A stretch of 62,189 nucleotides of DNA, the filler included. It is 3 parts of 3 records of this genome, joined end to end, with 100 filler letters (N's around TTAATTAATTAA, not from the genome) between each part and the next. Parts side by side here need not be neighbours in the genome. Positions count along the whole stretch, not along the records: positions 1 to 29,219 come from SRR22947725_2302; 2 more parts are not named here. One strand, given 5' to 3'. Made by a program: the position numbers and the translations under genes. Below, in pieces: positions 1 to 9,304 of the stretch. How positions within the stretch are numbered: position 1 is the stretch's first letter; every line of letters starts with the position of its first letter. The notes beneath the pieces are model-generated. The model did not search any database. It saw only the letters and a list, made by a program, of their open reading frames with translations, and had not been told where the DNA came from.

Positions 1-112
1 AACAGGTCTTAGTTTTGAAAGATATTAAATTCGCTTACTTAGTAGCGGCAGATGCTTGCGAGTTAATTAATAATTATGAAACCAAAACTGGAATCATCGG
101 GACATCGACTTC

Positions 113-1150
113 CTATTTCAACAAGGAAGAATCGTTGTAAAGACGTAAACTGCCCTCTGCGGTACCGGTTAAAGTTACGGGGGATGTGGTGGAAACAGAA
201 TTTGCAGTTGAAATTGTCTCATCCTTGGTACGCAAGAAATGAATCCCCAATCCACCAGCCTTAGGAGTCGGATTAGAGGCACTCCAAATTTCATTGGTAT
301 TGTAAAAATTGAGGGTAAAAATTGCTGTCCTGTTCGTGGTGGTAGTAATTTTATCGGATTCGTAAACCGCACTAAGGGCGTAGCCATTTGCATCGGTCAA
401 ATTGTATGAGGTGATGACATTTTCTTCGAATAAGGTAAACCGTCCTTCGGAATCACTTATCCTGTCATAATCATAGGTTCCTGAAATCGCACTTCCACTC
501 GAATCAGTGGTCGAATATGAGGAAGTGGTTGAGATACTTAATGTGCTTACATTTCCATCCAAATTAATGAACACCAACTGTTTTCCAACAACATAACTGT
601 TCCACTCGGCAAGAGTGGGCGAACGATTGGAGTCGCCACCAACAAACTCAGGTAAGTTCGCGGTATTCAATCCAGAATTTGGTACAGAGGGAGGATTGAC
701 CGTAAATTGCCCGGTCATTGCAGGCAATGGGAAATCATCTCCAAGTGTGGGGGCGACAGAAAACTGATCTATTAATTGATCGCCATCAAGGTCCACCCAA
801 CCCGTTAGTACTAAAACAAGATCTTCCCCAAATGAGGAATCCGTGGGAGAAATAGTGACTGTTAATGTATCTCCACTTTTAGTCGCAGTATAGGGTGCCG
901 TGATCGCACCATCCGTTGGTTTGGGGAAAGTACTTTCGATAGCCAAAGTGTTGTCGTAGATACATTCGCTTACAGTTGTGAATCGAATTACTGGATTGAA
1001 AGCAATTTCGGACCCGACCAGTTCCACTACCTCGGGCGCGGTAGAAGTAGTGCTTGATGAAGTTGAATCCTCCCCTCCCCCATTACATGCAAAAAGGGTG
1101 AGCGTAAAAACTGCCGGAAGGATTTGATTTATATAGTGTTTGGCTCTAAT
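113..1150 (-). CDS. Secreted lipoprotein of unknown function (Ser/Thr-rich, beta-rich); 5' end extended beyond the ORF track call at 1027
   Basis: The frame stays open upstream of 1027 to an in-frame TAG at 1154-1156. The extension reads (ATT)RAKHYINQILPAVFTLTLFA-C-NGGGEDSTSSSTT: basic N-region, hydrophobic core, lipobox LFAC (Cys codon 1085-1087) and Ser/Thr linker. Confidence 0.7.
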   Translation of the reverse strand: MRAKHYINQILPAVFTLTLFACNGGGEDSTSSSTTSTAPEVVELVGSEIAFNPVIRFTTVSECIYDNTLAIESTFPKPTDGAITAPYTATKSGDTLTVTISPTDSSFGEDLVLVLTGWVDLDGDQLIDQFSVAPTLGDDFPLPAMTGQFTVNPPSVPNSGLNTANLPEFVGGDSNRSPTLAEWNSYVVGKQLVFINLDGNVSTLSISTTSSYSTTDSSGSAISGTYDYDRISDSEGRFTLFEENVITSYNLTDANGYALSAVYESDKITTTTNRTAIFTLNFYNTNEIWSASNPTPKAGGLGIHFLRTKDETISTANSVSTTSPVTLTGTAEGSLRLYNDSSLLK

Positions 1151-1220
1151 AGACTATTACAAAGCAATAAGAGAATACATCTGTCAAATTAGATTTCAGA
1201 TTGATACCTAAATACTACGA

Positions 1221-1886
1221 ATGTATAAATTTCATATTACTCTTTTAAATCCTACCACCCGCTTCATCAATACACTGTTAATGATGTCAATCATCAGTTG
1301 CTCTATTCCCGACTTACGAGACGAAGAGACCCAGCAAGAAGCATTACTAAGTGCAGTTGAAATTTCTGAATTAAAAAAAGAATTTATGTACGGTATGATG
1401 TGGTTGTATACCGACGACCAAAATGAAACTTTTACTGGATGGGTAAAAGAAAACCATCCCGATGGAAAGAGTAAGAGATTGGGATATCTTAACAATGGGC
1501 AAAAGCAGGGAGTATGGATAGAGTGGCACCCCAATGGATTAAAACAATCTGAAGTGGAATGGAATAAAAGTTATTTAGATGGTTCCCTTAAATGTTGGCA
1601 CCCCAACGGAATTCTAAAAGCATTCGGTTTTATAATCGACGGGGAAATGGATGGGGAATGGAAGGAGTATTACACAAACGGTCAACTACAGGCTCATTCC
1701 CTCAATCAAATGGGCAAGTGTATTTGGAAAAGAATTTGGAAAATAAACGGGGAACTTTGTCCGGAATCAAAACTGGAAGAGGGAAGTGGATTTTACATGG
1801 AGTATAAAGAAAATGGAGAGGCTCCTCAAAAGAGAATTTTTAAAGAGGGAGTAGAAATCAAACCCTCACCTGCGAACCCCTTTTAG
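1221..1886 (+). CDS. MORN-variant repeat (YwqK antitoxin-like) probable lipoprotein
   Basis: Repeated W/Y-H/Y-x-N-G-x-(L/K) units (EWHPNGLK, CWHPNGILK, EYYTNGQL); possible lipobox IISC. Confidence 0.8.
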   Translation: MYKFHITLLNPTTRFINTLLMMSIISCSIPDLRDEETQQEALLSAVEISELKKEFMYGMMWLYTDDQNETFTGWVKENHPDGKSKRLGYLNNGQKQGVWIEWHPNGLKQSEVEWNKSYLDGSLKCWHPNGILKAFGFIIDGEMDGEWKEYYTNGQLQAHSLNQMGKCIWKRIWKINGELCPESKLEEGSGFYMEYKENGEAPQKRIFKEGVEIKPSPANPF

Positions 1887-2384
1887 CTTACGGGTAACTT
1901 CGATTCCATTTTCATAGTAAATTGATGGCATTCTTTCCCCGCCTTTATCATAAAGTATCCATTCCCCGTCATGCTTTCCTTTTAAATATTTGCCTTGGAT
2001 CCGTAGGTTCCCATTTTCATACCACGATTGGTAGAGACCATGATATCGATCCTCTTTAAACGAGCATTCTTGTTTAAGCTTGCCATTTAAATACCATCTT
2101 TTTGAGGGGCCACTTTTTACCCCACTTTCATAAGTCGTCTCCCCCTTTTTTTCTCCATTGTCGTACCAATCGAAATACAATCCATTTTTCATCGGTGGCT
2201 GAACGGGTAAAGAAATCAATTTTTGAGCGAGTACTTGTGTGTCATTCACCTCATTATATTCGGAATCACGAACAGATTGAATCTCTAGATTTTCGATCGA
2301 CTTAATGACCACAGTTTCAGTTTCAGTTTCCCTCTGACAACCGACCCAAGATATTGAAAGGCCTATGAGTACTATATATTTCAC
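1866..2384 (-). CDS. MORN-variant repeat (YwqK antitoxin-like) lipoprotein
   Basis: GTG start; signal peptide ending WVGC; repeats WYDNGEKK, WYLNGKLK, WYENGNLR. Confidence 0.8.
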   Translation of the reverse strand: MKYIVLIGLSISWVGCQRETETETVVIKSIENLEIQSVRDSEYNEVNDTQVLAQKLISLPVQPPMKNGLYFDWYDNGEKKGETTYESGVKSGPSKRWYLNGKLKQECSFKEDRYHGLYQSWYENGNLRIQGKYLKGKHDGEWILYDKGGERMPSIYYENGIEVTRKLKGVRR

Positions 2385-2493
2385 TGTTTCTAGATAACCA
2401 AAATGAAAGAACAGTCAATTCTCAGGATAGAAAACTCACAAAAAGTCTCCTGCGAGCCTGCCCTAAAATAATCTAAATAATGCGGTTTATTCC

Positions 2494-4671
2494 TTACCCT
2501 TGAAAGGCAAGAATTCGAACACTCCATCGCCCCACAGCAAAAGAGAGAGAGTTTGGAAAAAAGTCACAATCATGGGCATTTGTTAAAAAACTGGATGCAC
2601 CGGCTGCCCCTTCTCCTCCATAATCCGGGGAGTCTGTGTCTAACACTACTTCCCAAGAACCGACATGTGGACAACCCCAGTCACGATGCACGACTTGGTC
2701 TGATAAATTACAGGCAACCAACAAAGTATCTTCAGGATGTTGGCCAAACTTTAAAAAAGAAACAGTCTGCCTGGCGGAGTCATTACAATCGACCCACCGA
2801 AATTTGTCGCCTTGATGATCCACCTTACTCCAAGATTGGTGGGAAAGGTATAAATGATTCAGGTCTGCGACTAACTTCCGTAAGCCCTGATGAAGGGGGA
2901 AGTCCAGTAGTGACCAGTCTAATGGAGCATCACAATCCCACTCCTTCCACTGCCCAAACTCGCAGCCCATAAAGAGAGTCTTTTTCCCGGGCCATGTCCA
3001 TTGTAGCGCAAGTAAAGCCCTTAAGTTTGCAATCCTATCACCCTCATTCTCCAACCCCATTTTATTGACTAAGGATCCCTTCCCATGGACCACCTCATCA
3101 TGAGAGAATGCCTGGACAAAATTTTCGGAAAATTGATAAGTCGCACCAAATGTAAGGTTGTTATGTACCTCCGAACGATTTTCTGGCCTGGCCTGGAAGT
3201 AAGAAAGCACATCATGCATCCATCCCATATTCCATTTAAAATCGAAGCCCAGTCCTCCAACATGAGGCGGTTGGGTAATTTTTGGAAATGCGGTCGATTC
3301 TTCGGCAATACTGAGGGCATCTGGATATTCCTGATGAATTGCTTCATTGAATTGCTTGATAAAGGCAATCGCTTCCAAGTTTTCTTTTCCTCCGTCTTGA
3401 TTGGGAATCCATTGTCCTTCCTCACGACCGTAATCGAGGTAAAGCATCGACGCCACTGCATCAACCCGAAATCCAGATACTCCAAACCGGTCCAACCAGC
3501 AAATGGCACTCCCAATTAAAAAACTCCTGACCTCAGATCTTCCATAATTAAATATTAAAGTATCCCATTCTGCGTGTTTTCCTTGCCGGGGGTCTTCGTG
3601 CTCAAAAAGGCAGGTTCCATCAAATTGTGAAAGGGCAAATTCATCACTTGGAAAATGGGCAGGCACCCAATCAATAATGACCCCAATACCCGCTTTTTTA
3701 CATGCATCTACCAATACTTTAAATTCATCTGGCGTTCCATACCGATTAGTGGGAGCATAAAAGCCAGTAACTTGGTACCCCCATGAAGCTCCAAATGGAT
3801 ATTCACTAATCGGAAGAAATTCAACATGAGAAAAACCCATTTCATTCAGATAAACTGGCAACTGGTCTGCCAATTCAAGATAGCTCAAGGGTCGATTTTC
3901 GTTTTCTGAAAATTTCCAAGACCCCAAGTGCATTTCATAGATTGAAACCGGACTGGACCGAGGATCTAAAGTGAGGGCTTCTCCTTTTTCAACCCTTGGG
4001 TAATCTCGAGGGTGAATTATGGTGGCATTTCCCGGAGGCGGTTCAAACCGAAGCCCAAATGGATCGGTTTTTTCTCTTAATAACGAGTCTGCTCCTAAAA
4101 TTCGGAATTTATACTTTTGTCCGATGATTGCTCCGGGCACAAAAATTTCCCGACACCCCGAAGAGCCCAAGGAACGCATCGGCAATGAAAAAGGATGCCA
4201 ATTATTAAAATCTCCAACCAAATGAACACTCTGAGCCGATGGAGCCCAGACCACAAATGCTACTCCTTCCACCCCGTGGTGCAAAGATGGAAAAGAACCC
4301 AGTTTTTCAAATGGACGACGGTCTGTACCGTCATTAAATGCGGCAAAATCCTTATTTTCTTTAAAGGGTAAAAATCCGTAAGGATCAAGCCATTCGACAT
4401 TGATACCGGCACGAATTGATCGGAAAAGGTAGGGGAACATTTCTTCCAGTTCAGTAATATGACCTTCAAAAAAACCATTGGAGTGAATTTTTTTTAGGGG
4501 ATAGACTGCACCAGTATTCTGATCAACAATTACAATTTCATCCGCCTCGGGATCAAAAGCACGAGCCACAACTCCTTTTCCGGAACCGAGGGAATGTAAG
4601 CCTAAAAAATCGTGAGGACATCCAATTTTTCCGGACAGGCAAGAATTTAATTCGTTTTGATTGATTATCAT
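2494..4671 (-). CDS. glgB: 1,4-alpha-glucan branching enzyme (GH13)
   Basis: FVVWAPSA, GDFNNW, SIYEMHLGSW, WGYQVTGFYAP; catalytic FRVDAVAS, IAEEST and SHDEVVHGK; 725 aa. Confidence 0.97.
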   Translation of the reverse strand: MIINQNELNSCLSGKIGCPHDFLGLHSLGSGKGVVARAFDPEADEIVIVDQNTGAVYPLKKIHSNGFFEGHITELEEMFPYLFRSIRAGINVEWLDPYGFLPFKENKDFAAFNDGTDRRPFEKLGSFPSLHHGVEGVAFVVWAPSAQSVHLVGDFNNWHPFSLPMRSLGSSGCREIFVPGAIIGQKYKFRILGADSLLREKTDPFGLRFEPPPGNATIIHPRDYPRVEKGEALTLDPRSSPVSIYEMHLGSWKFSENENRPLSYLELADQLPVYLNEMGFSHVEFLPISEYPFGASWGYQVTGFYAPTNRYGTPDEFKVLVDACKKAGIGVIIDWVPAHFPSDEFALSQFDGTCLFEHEDPRQGKHAEWDTLIFNYGRSEVRSFLIGSAICWLDRFGVSGFRVDAVASMLYLDYGREEGQWIPNQDGGKENLEAIAFIKQFNEAIHQEYPDALSIAEESTAFPKITQPPHVGGLGFDFKWNMGWMHDVLSYFQARPENRSEVHNNLTFGATYQFSENFVQAFSHDEVVHGKGSLVNKMGLENEGDRIANLRALLALQWTWPGKKTLFMGCEFGQWKEWDCDAPLDWSLLDFPLHQGLRKLVADLNHLYLSHQSWSKVDHQGDKFRWVDCNDSARQTVSFLKFGQHPEDTLLVACNLSDQVVHRDWGCPHVGSWEVVLDTDSPDYGGEGAAGASSFLTNAHDCDFFPNSLSFAVGRWSVRILAFQG

Positions 4672-4782
4672 GAAAAAAGAAAGAGGCTTTTTTAATAAAA
4701 AAATTAAAAATGAGAAAAGAAATTGCTCCTAAAATCATTTCTTTCTTGTTTATAATTCGCATCCTCGCATCTTAAGTCCCAA

Positions 4783-6879
4783 GTGAAAACCTTTTTTTTC
4801 CCATTACTCATTTCCATCCTTGTCCAAATTTCATTTGGGCAAATTGAAAATTCGCCACCCAAAGATTCCAACAAGGCCATATTGGAGGCAGACAACGAAG
4901 TTTTTTTTGACGAAGTATTGCAAAAAATGGTTGCCGCCCCTAATGCTCGCTTAGAAAGTGGCCCCGTTTTGCTCCTCGCAGACAGGATCGAATATGACGC
5001 CAATCAAAGCGAAGCATTTGCGGAGGGTAAAGTAATCCTAAGCGATGGAGAAATCCGTCTCTTGGCCAGGCGTATCAAGCTTAATTTAATTACTGGTGAT
5101 TTTAACGCCTCTGAAATTAAATTCGGTATTTATCCATGGGCAATCCAGTCGGATGAATTGAGTCGTCAGAACTCCACAATCCAAGGTTTAAATTCCTCGC
5201 TCTACCTCTTGGGTAAAGAAAAAAATGAACCAAACCTTTTAGTTCGAGAACTCAGATGGAACGAAGAAGAAGAAGTAATTCGGGCGGGAAATATTTCAAT
5301 AAAACTGGGGGATCATACCGTCGGTCGCTTACCCTCGTTTTCAGGAAAAACGAATCGAAAATCTCTGCAATATAAATTAAGAGCGGGGAAGCAAAGTAAC
5401 TTGGGTTGGTATTTAGGTACAGGGGGGAAGTGGCAATTAGGCGCAAATGTTGATGTAAATGCTGATTTCACCGGGTATTCGAAGAGAGGACTACTGTTGT
5501 CCCCAGGACTGCAATGGGATTCGAATGGTAAAGACTCCAATTATAACGGTTCTGTGGAGAGTGGGTGGATTGATGACCAGGGAGATTTGCGAGGAAATGA
5601 CCTCCTCGGTTCTCCGATCGATTCTCACCGCTCATACATAAGGGCATACACGATTAATCGGCCTCAAGAAAATTGGCGGGTGGCAGGACAATTTGAATGG
5701 AATGAAGACTCAGAAGTTTATCGGGATTTTCAAAGACAACAATTCCACGAAAACCAGTGGAACGATTCATTTGGTGAAATTACCTTCGAGGGGAAAAACT
5801 GGACTGTTTCATCACTTACCCGCTGGCAGGCAAATCAATACGAATCAACAGTCGAACAGATTCCAAATTTACGAATCGACCTTGCCCCCACTCCCTTGGC
5901 TAATACCAAATTTTATAATACCATCGCGATTGAATTTTCCGCTTTTCGGCAAAAAGGGAACTTGGGTGAATTATTACAAAAATCAAATAAACTCGATTTG
6001 GGATATAAGATAGTCCGACCGTTTCGTTTGGGAAATGGATTAATTTACTCCCCCCATTTGTCCTACAGAAGACAGGATTACTCGATGGATGGGCCCAATG
6101 CGAATCGAAGTATGGGCGAATGGGGAAATGAAATAAGGTATGAGGTATCGGGAGATTATAATTGGGGAAATGCGACCTGGAACATTGATCAAATTAGACA
6201 TATTATGGGTTTCTCTATTTCTCACCGGAAAGTAAATCGTATGAGCGCCAACCAAGAATCGCTTATTCCACAAATTGACAACCCTTTTGTAGAACTTAAC
6301 CTCCGCCCCATAGATTTAATGGACCATATCGAGGCAGATGGGCTAACCCCTTATGAAGTCGTTCGACTGGGTTGGGAAAATCAGTTTCTTACACGATCGG
6401 GTGAGGAGACTCGAAGGATTGCTTCACTTCATTTTTTTCAAGACTTGTACCACAAAAAAGAGGATACTGGAGATATCGCGAAGGAGTTTTTTGCGAGTCT
6501 TTCTATTCAGCCTGCACCATGGATCTCCTTCACCGGGCAATCCAAAATTAATTCTGATGAAGGAAAGGTGATTCGAAATAGCTTTTCCGCACAGTTTATT
6601 GACGGGACTGTAAACACGCTTGAAGTTGGCTATTTCAAATATTTATCTTTTTCAGATCAATGGAGACTCTCCGCAAACCACCGATGGGATGAAAGAAAAA
6701 GTTTTCATACCTCCATTGCGTACGAAGAGGAATCGAACACAATTCCTTATTGGCAGGCTGCTGTTGAATACAATCGATCCGCAGCTTGGACATGGATAAT
6801 CTCGGTAACAGGTCGAAAAGGCACCACGAAAGAAAATGAGACAGAAATTGCGTTAAGCACCCGAATCTTTGCGTTTTAA
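4783..6879 (+). CDS. lptD: LPS-assembly outer membrane protein LptD
   Basis: Signal peptide; N-terminal jellyroll (LLADRIEYD...AEGKVIL...LLARRIKLNL); beta-barrel-like C-terminal region ending in Phe. Confidence 0.8.
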   Translation: MKTFFFPLLISILVQISFGQIENSPPKDSNKAILEADNEVFFDEVLQKMVAAPNARLESGPVLLLADRIEYDANQSEAFAEGKVILSDGEIRLLARRIKLNLITGDFNASEIKFGIYPWAIQSDELSRQNSTIQGLNSSLYLLGKEKNEPNLLVRELRWNEEEEVIRAGNISIKLGDHTVGRLPSFSGKTNRKSLQYKLRAGKQSNLGWYLGTGGKWQLGANVDVNADFTGYSKRGLLLSPGLQWDSNGKDSNYNGSVESGWIDDQGDLRGNDLLGSPIDSHRSYIRAYTINRPQENWRVAGQFEWNEDSEVYRDFQRQQFHENQWNDSFGEITFEGKNWTVSSLTRWQANQYESTVEQIPNLRIDLAPTPLANTKFYNTIAIEFSAFRQKGNLGELLQKSNKLDLGYKIVRPFRLGNGLIYSPHLSYRRQDYSMDGPNANRSMGEWGNEIRYEVSGDYNWGNATWNIDQIRHIMGFSISHRKVNRMSANQESLIPQIDNPFVELNLRPIDLMDHIEADGLTPYEVVRLGWENQFLTRSGEETRRIASLHFFQDLYHKKEDTGDIAKEFFASLSIQPAPWISFTGQSKINSDEGKVIRNSFSAQFIDGTVNTLEVGYFKYLSFSDQWRLSANHRWDERKSFHTSIAYEEESNTIPYWQAAVEYNRSAAWTWIISVTGRKGTTKENETEIALSTRIFAF

Positions 6880-6905
6880 ATTTTTTAAATTAAAATAAGA
6901 CTGTA

Positions 6906-6935
6906 TTGACTAAAAGCTCACTCTATAAATATTAT
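6906..6935 (+). promoter_or_regulatory. Putative sigma70 promoter, possibly giving a leaderless mRNA
   Basis: TTGACT at 6906-6911, 18-bp spacer, TATTAT at 6930-6935; ATG at 6944 with no Shine-Dalgarno sequence. Confidence 0.45.
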
Positions 6936-6943
6936 ATTAATAA

Positions 6944-7219
6944 ATGAACAAAAGATACCAACATCCTAACCTACCTTATAAAGACCCAAAAGTAATGGCT
7001 CACCTCTTTGGTCTTGGATTGGACTGTACCGATGGGCACAAGAGAATTACTCAGGCAGATAAGTTTTCTATTTTTGGAGGTTCAGAGAACACACACGATA
7101 AAATGACAGAAACCCTTTTCAAAACTTTTGAGGATTTGTCCCTCAAAGGAAAGTCGATTGAAAATGCTTCCATGGACGAAATTTCTGATTTGATCGAAAA
7201 AAACACTCCCAAGGAATAA
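6944..7219 (+). CDS. Conserved hypothetical small protein (PVC-type)
   Basis: Motif GLGLDxxDGHKRIT...GGSxxTHxxMxET resembles small proteins I recall from Planctomycetota/Verrucomicrobiota; alternative start at 6995. Confidence 0.7.
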   Translation: MNKRYQHPNLPYKDPKVMAHLFGLGLDCTDGHKRITQADKFSIFGGSENTHDKMTETLFKTFEDLSLKGKSIENASMDEISDLIEKNTPKE

Positions 7220-7267
7220 ATCTTTCGCTTGCCCTGAGTTAATATTCCTTTTTGAATCAACAGCATC

Positions 7268-8032
7268 ATGTCAGAAGGATTGCCCAACCCCCCGAAACCC
7301 ATCCTCAAATTAACTCCTAAAGAAGGAGTCCCAGTGAAACCTGGTGAAGGTGGACCCAAGTTTAGAGTAACCCGATCTCCATTTGCTCCGAAGATCAAGC
7401 CGAGTGACGGAACTCCAGCGCCTTTACCCTCACCGACTGCTGCTGTTCCCCCTGCTGGCATACCAGCAGCACCAGCGCCACCCAGTGCCGCGGGACTCCC
7501 CTCTCCAAGTGTACCGGCAACTTTACCCAGTGCACCTAAGCAAGGAGTTATACCTTCGGTCGGTGCTCCTGCCCCTGCACCGATGCCTGCTCCAGCCGCG
7601 GCATTATCTCAATCTCCTTTACCTGCCCCCACTCCAAGCCTACCTAATGTAGGAAATTTACCATCTGCACCTACCCCTGGGCCCGCACCCACATTAGCCA
7701 CCCCGTCCCTTTCTCCCAGCCCAGCACTTCCCACACCAGGTGCTCCAATGCCCTCTCCTGGGGGGCCGAAACCAGCACTTACTGCACCAAAAGGAGGACC
7801 TGCACTACCTGCTCCAGGCGGTGCAATGCCACCGATGCCAGCAATGGGAACGCCTCCTCCTGGAGGACTTCCGGCACCAGGTCCAATGGGGGCACCCCCC
7901 GGTGGACCCAAGCCTGCTGCAGCAGTTGGACCTGAAAAGAAGAAAAGACCGAGTATTATTTTTCTCATACTCGATTTCCTCGTATTTGGTGGTGCGATCA
8001 CGGCAATGGTTCTTCTATTTCTTTCTAATTAA
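7268..8032 (+). CDS. Proline-rich low-complexity protein with a C-terminal membrane anchor
   Basis: About 220 residues dominated by Pro/Ala/Gly/Ser, then KKKRPS and a single hydrophobic helix at the C-terminus; codirectional with trxA. Confidence 0.75.
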   Translation: MSEGLPNPPKPILKLTPKEGVPVKPGEGGPKFRVTRSPFAPKIKPSDGTPAPLPSPTAAVPPAGIPAAPAPPSAAGLPSPSVPATLPSAPKQGVIPSVGAPAPAPMPAPAAALSQSPLPAPTPSLPNVGNLPSAPTPGPAPTLATPSLSPSPALPTPGAPMPSPGGPKPALTAPKGGPALPAPGGAMPPMPAMGTPPPGGLPAPGPMGAPPGGPKPAAAVGPEKKKRPSIIFLILDFLVFGGAITAMVLLFLSN

Positions 8033-8065
8033 ACTCAACAATACGCTAAAAATATCATAATTATA

Positions 8066-8383
8066 ATGAGCGAACTCATTAACTTAAACAAAGAGAGCTT
8101 TGCAAAAGTAACCTCTTCAAAAGACAAAACACTTATAATCGACTTTTGGGCACCTTGGTGTGGCCCCTGCAAAGCACTAACTCCGGTCCTAGAGGAACTT
8201 TCCTCTGAGATGAGTGATTCTGTTGAAGTTTATAAGGTAAATGTCGACGATAATACCGAATTGGCACAAGAGCATGGCGTTCAGTCCATCCCCACTCTTT
8301 TGGTTTATAAAAATGGCTCTCTGTCCGAAACAATTATTGGTCTCAAGACCAAAGACGAGCTTGTTGATATTGTAAATTCCTAG
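8066..8383 (+). CDS. trxA: Thioredoxin
   Basis: DFWAPWCGPCK active site; 105 aa. Confidence 0.97.
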   Translation: MSELINLNKESFAKVTSSKDKTLIIDFWAPWCGPCKALTPVLEELSSEMSDSVEVYKVNVDDNTELAQEHGVQSIPTLLVYKNGSLSETIIGLKTKDELVDIVNS

Positions 8384-8404
8384 CTTGTAAGAATCAGTAA
8401 ATAT

Positions 8405-9304
8405 TTATTGGTTGGTAAGTGCAAAAGCAGTTACCAACCCGTACGCTACCACCGATAGAGATGTGCATGTAAGCAAGAAGTCATAATGTTTCTTCTCACT
8501 CGCATTATTCAGTTTCCAAACCAAGTATAGCCCCATTGGAAAAAGAATCGTGGCGTAGATAAGCCTGCTTTCTAACAAAGGGCATAGAACAAAAGAGGTA
8601 AAAAAACCAAAGAAATAAAGGCTAATACCAAACTTTTTTCCAAGTAAAACAATCAGAGTCTTTTTCCCCACCATTAAATCAGTGTTTCGGTCGCGATAAT
8701 TATTCAACACCAAAAGATTGTTGATACTAAAACCGACTCCAAGCGGAACGACCCAATTTGGCTCCCATAAATGACCCGCCTCGGTAATTAGAATATAATG
8801 AGTCGTACAGACCGCGACAAAGCCAAAAAAAAGAATTACAAAAACATCGCCTAATCCATTATAAGCAAAGGGAAAAGGCCCTCCAGTATAAGCAATCGCA
8901 CTTAAAACACTGGCGATTCCAATAAGAAGAAGCCAACGACTTGCACCTGAGTTTTCCATCATGAAAACTCCCAAAATAAATGCAAAAAAAAGAAGAGTAT
9001 AAGATGCATTACGTAACTCTAAACCAGCAATCACACCATGGGTTGAAAACCGTTTGGGACCGAGGGTTCTTTGTTCATCTGCTCCCTTTAAAAAATCAAA
9101 GTAATCATTCGCGAAATTGGTAGCAATCTGGACCAGGAAAGAAAAAAGAAAACACATTGCAATTAAAGCAAAAGATAAATCTTCTGATTGCTGAAATGCT
9201 AACGAGGTACCAAGTGAAACTGGAATAATCGACGCAACTAAGGTCTTCGGCCGAGCAGCAAGCACCCAAATGCTCAGTTTATATTTTGCTGAATTTTCAG
9301 TCAC
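8405..9304 (-). CDS. menA: 1,4-dihydroxy-2-naphthoate polyprenyltransferase
   Basis: WVLAARPKTL, NFANDYFDFLKGAD, YTGGPFP, NNYRD..D...GKKTL; multiple TM helices. Confidence 0.93.
   Translation of the reverse strand: MTENSAKYKLSIWVLAARPKTLVASIIPVSLGTSLAFQQSEDLSFALIAMCFLFSFLVQIATNFANDYFDFLKGADEQRTLGPKRFSTHGVIAGLELRNASYTLLFFAFILGVFMMENSGASRWLLLIGIASVLSAIAYTGGPFPFAYNGLGDVFVILFFGFVAVCTTHYILITEAGHLWEPNWVVPLGVGFSINNLLVLNNYRDRNTDLMVGKKTLIVLLGKKFGISLYFFGFFTSFVLCPLLESRLIYATILFPMGLYLVWKLNNASEKKHYDFLLTCTSLSVVAYGLVTAFALTNQ

Noticed and set aside
2-28. Possible 3' end of an upstream gene (...TGLSFERY-stop)
   Set aside because: Only eight codons are visible; not supportable.
7609-8001. Gly-rich collagen-like ORF on the minus strand
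   Set aside because: Antisense shadow of the Pro-rich gene: CCN codons read as Gly-rich on the opposite strand.
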